This document shows, one piece after another, positions 9,337 through 17,129 of a stretch of 64,000 nucleotides of DNA. The DNA is from Methanomassiliicoccales archaeon (lineage in GTDB: Archaea > Thermoplasmatota > Thermoplasmata > RBG-16-68-12 > SOIM01): NCBI GenBank assembly GCA_030593295.1, contig JAUVHO010000003.1:22164-86163 (forward strand). The letters run 5' to 3'. Position 1 is the first letter of the stretch. Each line of letters begins with the position of its first letter. The notes under the pieces are model-generated. The model worked only from the letters and a program-made list of their open reading frames with translations, was not told the DNA's origin and searched no databases. A program made the position numbers and the translations under genes.

Positions 9337-10983
9337 CTACATCGACATCCAAACGATATACCCGGCTGACTCATAAACCTTGTATCTACTGTATTGGACT
9401 TGACTCTCCAAGTAGGTTGATAAGCGTACTTTCCCTTCTGTGTAGAAATGACCAGAGAACCTCTTGTCCTCAAGGGCGTAGTGGATATCGTAGTCGATTA
9501 TGAGCTGTTCTGGGAAGGGTCCGAACGAGATGTGGCTTGGCCTCCATGTATGCAGCACCCAAAGATGCAGTTCAGCGTTTGGAACGTCTGGGGCATCGAA
9601 CAGTGAATCTGAGTTGATGGTGAGATCATCCAATGGGATCTGATTGACAGCGATTTCATCAGCGTCCACAAAACCATAGGCAAGCTGGTCGGGACCGGTG
9701 ATGGGGACCGTCGCCCCTCCAAGGGGGAGGGAAGGTAAACCCGAGATGGCCGAGACCCTGCTGCCTGGGAGTCCGTTGTTAGCCAGGAGCGTTCCATGTA
9801 AATAAAGACGGGCGTACAGTCCAATGTCGTATTCCTCCATCGTCAAGGAATCAACGGATTGGGATTCGTATTCAAGCATCACCCCTGTCAAGGCAAGCGA
9901 ACCTGCCAACGCTGAAAAGGCCATGAAAGCAGCTAGCTTCTTTCTCCTCTGCATTCGGATGAAGTAGTAGACCCCCATCCCCGCCAATATCGCTATGAAT
10001 ATGGGCACATAGAATCCAGTGTACCTTCTCAGATAGAGAGTAGGGATTATGGCCAGGGCAATGAATATGATCAGGAATTCCTTCAGGGCTTTGTTTCTCT
10101 GTGAAACGAAAGCGAACGTCCCAAGGAGAAGGAATGGAGTCAACACCCCCGAACTTCTCGTGAGGCTAATCCCCAAGTTCAAGGCCTCACCCGGCATCGA
10201 ATCCGAGTGCAGTATGCGGCCGTACTCATAAGCATCCAGTACATCGCTCCCCAGCAGTAGCATAACTCCAAGAGCGAGTAAGCCAACGAAACTCAGTTTA
10301 CGCATCCTGCTGCGGGTTCCAGACTTGAGAAAAAGCATGGGCATCTTTAGTTTCGCTATCCTCATGACTATCAGGAACATGGAGGTGAAGATGTACGCCA
10401 GGATGACGATGAGCATCAATATAGCGAGGCGGTGGAAGGTCGCGAGGATGAAAAGCATGAGGATCGCCATGGCGAAGTTCTTCCTGGTCGGGACCCGATG
10501 GGCCCTGAGCAACATGAATAAGAAGATTGGCGTGAAGGCCATGAACCCTCCACGGGTGGGCGTCTCCCAGCTTGTGTTCAGAATGAATTTGGGTGCCAGG
10601 CAGAAGATGAAAGCTACGATGAAGGCGAAAAGGTCGTCGTTCTTGAACTCCCTCGCCAGGATATAGGCGCCCAGAACTCCGATGATCCCCATCAGCATGC
10701 TGAGAGCCAGGATCGATATCTCGGACGGATACCCGGACAGGACGTCTAGGCTCGCCGGAAGGAAAATCCCTCCCGAAGGATACGACAGGGGGAACAGTCC
10801 CAGGTAGCTCAATGGGTGAATTATCCACGCAGCGAACCCTTCCGTGACTATGCTGTTGGCAAGTCCCTGCATCACAAAGGCATCGATACCCACGCTGTGC
10901 GACGTTCGCGGATATCTCAGGATGAAAGTCAGTGCAACGAGAAACAGGATGAGCGAGTAGTTCGTGTACTTGGGGAACTTCAT
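9337..10983 (-). CDS. Polytopic membrane protein, GT-C-like (candidate lipid-linked glycan transferase/polymerase) with a C-terminal soluble domain
   Basis: 548 aa, about 11 predicted TM helices followed by a soluble tail of about 150 aa. Acidic residue in the first loop ('GIDAF'). No WWDYG motif seen. Sits between two GT4 genes in one operon. Confidence 0.5.
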   Translation of the reverse strand: MKFPKYTNYSLILFLVALTFILRYPRTSHSVGIDAFVMQGLANSIVTEGFAAWIIHPLSYLGLFPLSYPSGGIFLPASLDVLSGYPSEISILALSMLMGIIGVLGAYILAREFKNDDLFAFIVAFIFCLAPKFILNTSWETPTRGGFMAFTPIFLFMLLRAHRVPTRKNFAMAILMLFILATFHRLAILMLIVILAYIFTSMFLIVMRIAKLKMPMLFLKSGTRSRMRKLSFVGLLALGVMLLLGSDVLDAYEYGRILHSDSMPGEALNLGISLTRSSGVLTPFLLLGTFAFVSQRNKALKEFLIIFIALAIIPTLYLRRYTGFYVPIFIAILAGMGVYYFIRMQRRKKLAAFMAFSALAGSLALTGVMLEYESQSVDSLTMEEYDIGLYARLYLHGTLLANNGLPGSRVSAISGLPSLPLGGATVPITGPDQLAYGFVDADEIAVNQIPLDDLTINSDSLFDAPDVPNAELHLWVLHTWRPSHISFGPFPEQLIIDYDIHYALEDKRFSGHFYTEGKVRLSTYLESQVQYSRYKVYESAGYIVWMSM

Positions 10984-10993
10984 CCTTTTTCAC

Positions 10994-12121
10994 CTATTCA
11001 CTTGGAAGTCTTAAATCCTCGTATACTCCAAGGGTACTCTCAAACGTTTTCTTGAAGCTGAATTCACTTGCCCTTGCGATACACCTTGGAGCGATCTTCT
11101 CTCTCTTGACATCAAGTAGGTCAATCACAGCATTTGCCATCGCCTCAGTGTCCCTTGGGACGATTATGCCGGTAGCTGTATCCTGCAAGAATCTCCTCAC
11201 CTGACCAACGTCCATTGATACCACGGGCGTGCCTGATGCAAGGGATTCCAGGACAACCAGAGGTCCCGACTCAAAGCTGGAAGCAAGGCAAAGGACATCC
11301 GAAGTCGCCATGTAGTCACGAACGACCTCAGAGGACTGTGATCCCAAGAAGCGCACGCCGTCCCCTTCTTCCTGCCCTGCAACTCTCTCCAGGTCCTTCC
11401 GTTGGGTCCCATCACCGATGATTATGAGCGAGCAGTCCTGAACCTCCTTTCTTACAATTTGGAAGCTGTTTATAATCAGATCAACGTTCTTCTCCCTCTC
11501 CAGTCTTCCGACATATAGCATCGTCTTTCCATGAGATTGAAGCCCAAGTTTCCTAGGCAACGAATCCCGATATTCTCGTCCCCAGCTTTCCAGATCTATG
11601 CCAACGGGAATCAGTGATGACCTCCGAACCAGGAACGGGTACTTCGAATGGAACAAATCCAATGTGCTCTGGTCAACGGCTATGACATGGTCAGCACCCT
11701 TCATGGCATAGGATTCCAGGAGCCTGTAGGCGATTCCATAGAAACTGCCCTTCCTCTCCCTTATGCTCCTCAACATCTGCCCGTGGAGGGTGCAAAGCAT
11801 CTTGTTCCTGTGCTTGCGGAATATGAATGGGAAGAGGTAGTCTGGTCTCTGGGCGTGGATTATCGTATCCGAAGAGAAGTCGGTCTTCTTGGAGACCTTC
11901 ATCAAACCTCGGAGGAATCTCACGCTGGACACTCTTGGAGCGACAACAGCGGGTATGAAGTCAAAGTCTGGGGGCCCGTCAGTCTGGTCATGATCGACCC
12001 CAATAAGGGAGAACTCGATGCTAGATGCCTTGAGGCTTTTGACAAGATTCATCACGTAGTTCCGTGTGCCACCAGGTTTTTCGACATGTGGATCGACAGG
12101 GGCAACGATAGAAACTCGCAT
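10994..12121 (-). CDS. Glycosyltransferase family 4 (GT-B)
   Basis: 'MRVSIVAPVDPHVEKPGGT', 'FESGPLVVLESLASGTPVVSMDVG'. The ATG at 12121 is preferred; the track's TTG at 12184 adds an atypical 21-aa extension. Confidence 0.85.
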   Translation of the reverse strand: MRVSIVAPVDPHVEKPGGTRNYVMNLVKSLKASSIEFSLIGVDHDQTDGPPDFDFIPAVVAPRVSSVRFLRGLMKVSKKTDFSSDTIIHAQRPDYLFPFIFRKHRNKMLCTLHGQMLRSIRERKGSFYGIAYRLLESYAMKGADHVIAVDQSTLDLFHSKYPFLVRRSSLIPVGIDLESWGREYRDSLPRKLGLQSHGKTMLYVGRLEREKNVDLIINSFQIVRKEVQDCSLIIIGDGTQRKDLERVAGQEEGDGVRFLGSQSSEVVRDYMATSDVLCLASSFESGPLVVLESLASGTPVVSMDVGQVRRFLQDTATGIIVPRDTEAMANAVIDLLDVKREKIAPRCIARASEFSFKKTFESTLGVYEDLRLPSE

Positions 12122-12189
12122 CTCAAGCTCAGTATTGCTCGATGTAGTTATATTTTTCCGAGAGGTTATTCTCGCAGACAACAATTGAC

Positions 12190-13335
12190 CTATCCGTGGA
12201 TAGCGCGAATCGTGTCAGTTCCCTGGAAGTGCATTCCATCCCAGAGCTGACCGGTCACCGTGAGGACGATATCCTCTCCGGCCGTGAGCATCTCCTCCAG
12301 ATCGGATCTGTCGAACTTGACATTGAGCGAATGGCCAGTGACAATCGGCTTCTCGGCTGCTATCGTTCCCTCCAATTCAACGGTGCTAGGATCGATATCA
12401 CTCTCCTCGAGATATGAAGGGAGTTCGATTATGCAAGTGACCCATCTGCCCTTGCTCTTCAGATTGAGCGTCTCGGGGTGAATCTCAATGCTGGCCTCAA
12501 TGGTTCTGAGCTCGATTTTAAGATCCACCATCTTCTCTACGACTTGATCAAAGGCATCCTCCGGGTCGCTCTCGGTCGACCAAACTACAGCCAATTGCAC
12601 GCTGGCCTCCTCGCCGAATTCCAGGTCGCCCAGACGGAAGGTCGCAATTGAAGGATTGAAGTCCGCCGAGTCGTTCACCACCAGTGAGTCAGGAACCGGG
12701 CTGTAAACCATTCCCATAAGAGGTCGGTCGTGTAATCCTGGATGATCCACGCCAAGCAATTGGCCTCCCTCGTACTTGTCCTCGTTGAAGATGGACTGAC
12801 CGTCATCAAACCTGTGCTTTTCAACGAACGAGACGTCACCTACGGTGTCAGATCCTAAGTTCTCGATCGTGAACGTGAGTAGGAACCTATCGGATGTCAG
12901 CTCTGCAGTTCGGGTCAGGCGGATATCGTTGTCCTCCCATACCGTCACCAGCGTTCCTCCGATGGCGCTCACAGAGGTTGCTGGAGCCGTGTCGTTCAGA
13001 AAGTAATCCAGAAGAACGCTCGAGTCACCCATCACCTGGTATCCAGGAGATCTCATTCCAACATTGTCTCCAGAGAACGACCCAGGTGTGTCGTTGTAGG
13101 GTATCATTGCGGGCATGTTCTCAAAGACAGAGCCGAAGATGAACTCGTCTCTCGTCAGGAAGTAGATTCTCTCAAGCAAGCCATCACCGTCGATGTCGTC
13201 CCAGATGTACATCCACAACGGCTCTTCAGGGTCGGGGGTGGGTCCCGATTCGATTGCCATCACAGGGAAAACAACAAATGTGAGCAGGCTAGTCACAAAG
13301 AAGACTCTGGCTATATCGGAGATATTCCTTCTCAT
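12190..13335 (-). CDS. Secreted/anchored hypothetical protein, paralog of 34419..35381
   Basis: N-terminal hydrophobic signal/anchor 'VFFVTSLLTFVVFPVMAIES'. C-terminal module 'PETLNLKSKGRWVTCIIELP...DIDPSTV...VKFDRSD...LTVTGQLWDGMHFQGTDTIRAI' is shared with 34419..35381. First gene of the minus-strand run 13335->8212. Confidence 0.7.
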   Translation of the reverse strand: MRRNISDIARVFFVTSLLTFVVFPVMAIESGPTPDPEEPLWMYIWDDIDGDGLLERIYFLTRDEFIFGSVFENMPAMIPYNDTPGSFSGDNVGMRSPGYQVMGDSSVLLDYFLNDTAPATSVSAIGGTLVTVWEDNDIRLTRTAELTSDRFLLTFTIENLGSDTVGDVSFVEKHRFDDGQSIFNEDKYEGGQLLGVDHPGLHDRPLMGMVYSPVPDSLVVNDSADFNPSIATFRLGDLEFGEEASVQLAVVWSTESDPEDAFDQVVEKMVDLKIELRTIEASIEIHPETLNLKSKGRWVTCIIELPSYLEESDIDPSTVELEGTIAAEKPIVTGHSLNVKFDRSDLEEMLTAGEDIVLTVTGQLWDGMHFQGTDTIRAIHG

Positions 13336-13572
13336 ATAATCTCCCCCCTGTCGGTTTTTGTACTGATATCTAATTGGACTGGTATATATATAAGGATTTC
13401 CTGATGTTCCTACACATAGTCTATTTTCAAGGCGGTGCAGTCACCTACAATCTCTTGTGCTTTTGAAGTCTCTCCAGATGATATGCTCAGGTGCTTGTGG
13501 GGGCTGAATGGGGTTGGAGATCGATGAGGTGATTCATACCCTTGGTGACAGGTGACCCAGTCGATATGGAGA

Positions 13573-14529
13573 TTACAGAGTCAACAAATAATCCTTGATG
13601 ATCTCGATCGGCCCAGTCTTCCCTCCAACACTCTTCACTGCTCCCATGTCTATTGCCCGGGAAACGCCTTCACCAATATCTTCTACGTTCTCCACCATGG
13701 TTACGAGACCCTGTCCAGCCAGGTATCTTGCCAGGTCTTGCTTGCTCGCATATTCGACCTCTCCGAACTCCTTCTTCCTGGGCACCACGACAACGTGCTT
13801 TCCAAATGAGAGGGCCAGCCCCATCGAACTTGCCCCATCGTGTGTCAGAACGATGTCGCTGTCTTTGAGGCTCTTCAGGAATGTGTCAAAGGGAACGAAC
13901 CTCTCCCATGGGAAGTTCTTCGGTTCATAGCTGGAGTGACCTATCTGTGCTCCGCTGACATCAATCTCACCCTTCTCAACCATTGCATCAACATGCTCCA
14001 CTAGCCGATGGAAACTCGCGGTATGGGTCCCCGTCGCCATGAAGATCCTTGGCCTTTCTGGAAGCCTCTCCTGCTCCGAGGCCATGTATACCGGCCCTGA
14101 GTAGACTGCGTTCTTGTATTGTTGTGTCATGGGCTGCCATTGAACCAGGACCTTGTCGGCAAAAGGGGCCAGAAAACGGCCGACCAAGGACGGTTCCCTT
14201 ACTCGCGCGAATGTTTCCAGGAAAACCACCTTGGAACCCATGATTTTCCCCAGTATGCACGTTGGCAACACATCTCCGGCGCCTGTCGTGATGATCACGT
14301 CGGGTCTTTCTTGCTTGAGAATTCGAAAACCCTCCAGTGCGTTCACAGGGAGCTTCCCGGGATTTCGCAGGATCTGGGTTATGTAGTAGGATTTCTCACT
14401 CTCCATGACATGTTCGGAGAAATCGTCCTTAATCGTGACGAAATAATGGTCGAGGTTTTGGTACACCTCCTTGAGCATCAGGATTTGAACCAGATGCCCC
14501 CCAGTTGTCGAGATTAGACAGACCTTCAT
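13573..14529 (-). CDS. Fused Alg14-like/Alg13-like glycosyltransferase (predicted beta-1,4-GlcNAc transferase acting on lipid-PP-GlcNAc)
   Basis: N-terminal half 'MKVCLISTTGGHLVQILMLKE...PDVIITTGAGDVLP' (Alg14/PssD-like). C-terminal half 'IFMATGTH...SDIVLTHDGASSMGLALSFGKHVVVVPR' (Alg13/GT28 C-terminal-like). Directly downstream of the aglH-like gene. Confidence 0.75.
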   Translation of the reverse strand: MKVCLISTTGGHLVQILMLKEVYQNLDHYFVTIKDDFSEHVMESEKSYYITQILRNPGKLPVNALEGFRILKQERPDVIITTGAGDVLPTCILGKIMGSKVVFLETFARVREPSLVGRFLAPFADKVLVQWQPMTQQYKNAVYSGPVYMASEQERLPERPRIFMATGTHTASFHRLVEHVDAMVEKGEIDVSGAQIGHSSYEPKNFPWERFVPFDTFLKSLKDSDIVLTHDGASSMGLALSFGKHVVVVPRKKEFGEVEYASKQDLARYLAGQGLVTMVENVEDIGEGVSRAIDMGAVKSVGGKTGPIEIIKDYLLTL

Positions 14530-14558
14530 GACACTCAGATTCCCTTATCGGTTTGAGA

Positions 14559-15517
14559 TCAGATTATCGTCAACGAAGCATAGGCCACCACGATCACTGA
14601 GACGAGTATCTCAATCCCCCAAAGGATGTATACCAGTTGCTTCTCCTTCACTCTCCTTCTTTTCATCATCACGTGGGCCAAGGATTCAATCCTTCCGTCA
14701 TAGGATAGGGTGCCGTCCTCCTCGATGGTCCCGTAGTTCTCGGCCCTGAAATGGCCTTTGGCCTTCAAGGCGAACTCAATGATCATCGGGATGAACAGGA
14801 TCGCGCCATAGCCTTTCAAGTTGGATATGATGGCGGCGCAGGCTATCGTCGCTCCCACGAACAGGGTCATGGAGTCTCCCGGAAATATCCTGGCAGGGTA
14901 CTTGTTGAACCACAGGAAGGCAACCAGTGCGCCCAGAAGCGGGAACAGGAGGAACAACGCCTCGGTCTGGCCTGTTATGAACGAGATCGCGATCATTGAA
15001 GATGTTATGATTATCCCGAGACCCACGCCCAGCCCGTTGAACCCTTCCAGCATGTTGGCTGCGTTCGCGGCGGCAGTGATCCCAAATGGAGCTATGAACA
15101 GCATCAGGATACCGAAGTCCACTCCCATCAGGACCGTGTTGCTGGTGTCGACCATCAGGCTTCCCAGAGGGATTGCGAATAGGAATGGAAGGAACGCCTT
15201 GACCCTCTGCCTCAGGCTGAAAAGGTCGTCCATTATGCCGGTCACAGCCGCGCCCAGTACGGCCAGTAAAGAGAGATAGAATATGGATGATGAAAGGCCG
15301 TTCTCCCCCCACACGGTCAGGACGTTCACGCCCACGTAGAACCCGATCACAACGGCAAGACCGCCCATCTCAGGTATCCTGGGGGCTCCAGCCTTGTTGT
15401 GGTCCCTCCCGACCGCGCTGGTGTTCTCAAGGTTCTTGATCAGCCATGGAACGACCAGGAAGGTTGTGATAAAAGAGGCTACGGCCGCAACAATGAATAT
15501 CAGTGAAACCGTCCCAT
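14559..15517 (-). CDS. aglH: Polyprenyl/dolichyl-phosphate GlcNAc-1-phosphate transferase (AglH/Alg7/MraY-WecA family), with an apparent 1-nt frame disruption near the 5' end
   Basis: The uninterrupted ORF 14559..15368 starts at 'MGGLAVV'. The same frame stays open a further 53 codons upstream and encodes the expected first TM helix and loop, 'VSLIFIVAAVASFITTFLVVPWLIKNLENTSAVGRDHNKAGAPRIPEMGG', but contains no ATG/GTG/TTG. An ATG at 15517-15515 lies in the adjacent frame, 24 nt downstream of a TATA box. Confidence 0.85.
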
Positions 15518-15541
15518 CACCGGCGTCTCAACAACGCTGCT

Positions 15542-15549
15542 CTTATATA
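15542..15549 (-). promoter_or_regulatory. TATA-box-like element (TATATAAG on the minus strand) preceded by an A-rich BRE-like run. Predicted promoter of aglH.
   Basis: Minus strand reads AAAAAAGTATATAAG-N24-ATG, a spacing that fits a leaderless or near-leaderless archaeal transcript. Confidence 0.4.
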
Positions 15550-15630
15550 CTTTTTTCTCTCGAAAGCAAACACGTTTTTATCTGATGCCACATTCTCCAT
15601 CTGGTCGATATTACGGAACTCGTTTCGCTC

Positions 15631-16506
15631 TTGGCGGTGCTGGCAATGATCGTCGGGCCAGCGATTATCTTCTGGCGGAAGATCCCGATAGTCTTTGGGC
15701 TGATGGTCGTCATAATCTTCATCTACATCCTGCAGATCGCGTCAAGCCCCATATCCCATCCGGTGGCGTCTCAGGTCTTTCTGGACCTGCACCTTGCCCC
15801 CACTGACATATTGACTCCCGCCTATTTCTACACCATTTTCACATCCATGTTCCTCCATGCCAGCACCATCCACCTTGTCTTCAACCTCTTCGCGCTTTTC
15901 TTCATCGGGATAATGCTCGAGAGAAGGATAGGAATGACCAGGTTCTTCGTCATCTACATCATCGCCGGGCTAATCGGAGGGTTGGTATGGGTTGCCATCC
16001 ACTGGGGCGATGCAGCCATGGCCATAGGAGCATCTGGCGCGATTATGGGTACGCTCGGGGCGTTTGCCAGATTGTACGGTCAGGAGAGGATCCGTATGTT
16101 GTTGCTTTTCTTCCCCATGCCTCCCATGCCCGCCTACATGATATTCGTCTTGCTCTTGATTATCGATCTCGTCATCGCCCTCACCAGCGTCCTGCCTATC
16201 GCAGCCGAGGCCCACATCGGGGGAGCCATCGCCGGTTTTCTCATTGCACCCTACGTCATGAGACTGCCCTCCAGGGTCGGCAGGCCAAAGCGGATCCGGG
16301 TCCATTATTCGATCCTGAGCCAGCTGGCAACCACGAGGGAATTGCAGGAGATATTGGCAAACATCGAGAAGGAGACCGAACCCGATGTCCAGCAGGTCTG
16401 GTTCACCCATTTCTTGAAGAAGGCTAGATGTCCCAAGTGTGGCGGACCCCTGGGTATAAGAGGGGGTACGGTGTATTCGGATTGTGGATGGAGGACGAGG
16501 CTTTGA
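15631..16506 (+). CDS. Rhomboid family intramembrane serine protease with a short C-terminal Cys-rich (zinc-ribbon-like) tail
   Basis: 'FTSMFLHASTIHLVFN', catalytic 'GASGAIMGTLGA' and 'HIGGAIAGFL'. C-terminal 'CPKCGGPLG...DCGW'. TTG start at 15631, alternative ATG at 15646. Confidence 0.85.
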   Translation: MAVLAMIVGPAIIFWRKIPIVFGLMVVIIFIYILQIASSPISHPVASQVFLDLHLAPTDILTPAYFYTIFTSMFLHASTIHLVFNLFALFFIGIMLERRIGMTRFFVIYIIAGLIGGLVWVAIHWGDAAMAIGASGAIMGTLGAFARLYGQERIRMLLLFFPMPPMPAYMIFVLLLIIDLVIALTSVLPIAAEAHIGGAIAGFLIAPYVMRLPSRVGRPKRIRVHYSILSQLATTRELQEILANIEKETEPDVQQVWFTHFLKKARCPKCGGPLGIRGGTVYSDCGWRTRL

Positions 16507-17129
16507 GCGAAGATGATCCAAAGATTTCGGATGTCCCAAGCGGAGCTACCCTGGACTGCCCCAAGTGCGGGGAGACCATGCATCGGATCCTGAAAGGCAA
16601 GGTCAGCGGCAGGAAGGGTCAGACCCTCGAGTGCGTTGTCAAGTGCTCTGAATGCGGGGAGGTGCGGAAAGCAACCATCAAACGGGAGAAGCCAGTTACG
16701 GTGAAGGTCATTGTGAGCGACGATGATAGGTCCAAGAGAACCGAGCTGGAGCTCCTGCCAAGTGAGGAGATAATTGTCGGGGACAAGATGATCCTGGGCG
16801 GTCAGGAGATCGAGGTTTCTTCCATCGAGTCCGACGGCAGAAGGGTCGAGGTGGCACTGGCAAAAGAGGTAGAGACTCTGTGGACCATAAGAGCAGACAG
16901 AGTCAAGGTCAAGTTCTCGATAAGCAAAGGCCGCAGGACGCTGTCCAAAGAGATATTCGCACAGCCCGACGAGGAGTTCCACGTGGGGGATATGGTGGAG
17001 CTAGGAAGGATGAAGGTGGTCATTCACAGGATCAGATGCACGGACAACAGAACGATCAGGGATGGCAGCGCAACAGCATCCAGCATCGTCAGGATATACG
17101 CAAAAGGAATCAAGGAGACCTGGGCCTAG
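16488..17129 (+). CDS. Conserved archaeal zinc-finger protein (two CxxC pairs) of unknown function
   Basis: 'LDCPKCGETMH...VVKCSECGEV' followed by a beta-rich domain. The ATG at 16488 is preferred and overlaps the rhomboid stop by 19 nt. Confidence 0.6.
   Translation: MEDEALSEDDPKISDVPSGATLDCPKCGETMHRILKGKVSGRKGQTLECVVKCSECGEVRKATIKREKPVTVKVIVSDDDRSKRTELELLPSEEIIVGDKMILGGQEIEVSSIESDGRRVEVALAKEVETLWTIRADRVKVKFSISKGRRTLSKEIFAQPDEEFHVGDMVELGRMKVVIHRIRCTDNRTIRDGSATASSIVRIYAKGIKETWA

Noticed and set aside
9337-10983. Calling this protein (or 60422..61972) the oligosaccharyltransferase AglB/STT3
   Set aside because: There is no WWDYG or DK/MI motif. It is considerably shorter than typical AglB and the C-terminal domain is small. 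Only a generic GT-C-like label is justified.
10298-10993. 231-aa ORF on the minus strand
   Set aside because: It overlaps the polytopic membrane protein gene 9337..10983 out of frame. It is His/Arg/Pro-rich with no hydrophobic pattern. The membrane-protein frame is the coherent one.
13336-13572. 237-nt intergenic region inspected for a tRNA or small RNA
   Set aside because: No cloverleaf-compatible arms or conserved tRNA boxes were seen. The content is explained by the TATA-rich promoter (TTATATATATA at about 13382-13395) and GGGGGGAG SD of 12190..13335, plus the 3' flank of the Alg14/13-like gene.
15394-15585. 63-aa plus-strand ORF in the aglH-rhomboid intergenic area
   Set aside because: It is antisense to the conserved N-terminal extension of the aglH-like gene. 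That extension matches the family consensus ('GRDHNKAGAPRIPEMGG'), so the minus-strand reading is the real one.
16305-16982. 225-aa ORF on the minus strand
   Set aside because: It is antisense to the rhomboid 3' end and the zinc-finger protein gene, both of which have clear motifs.
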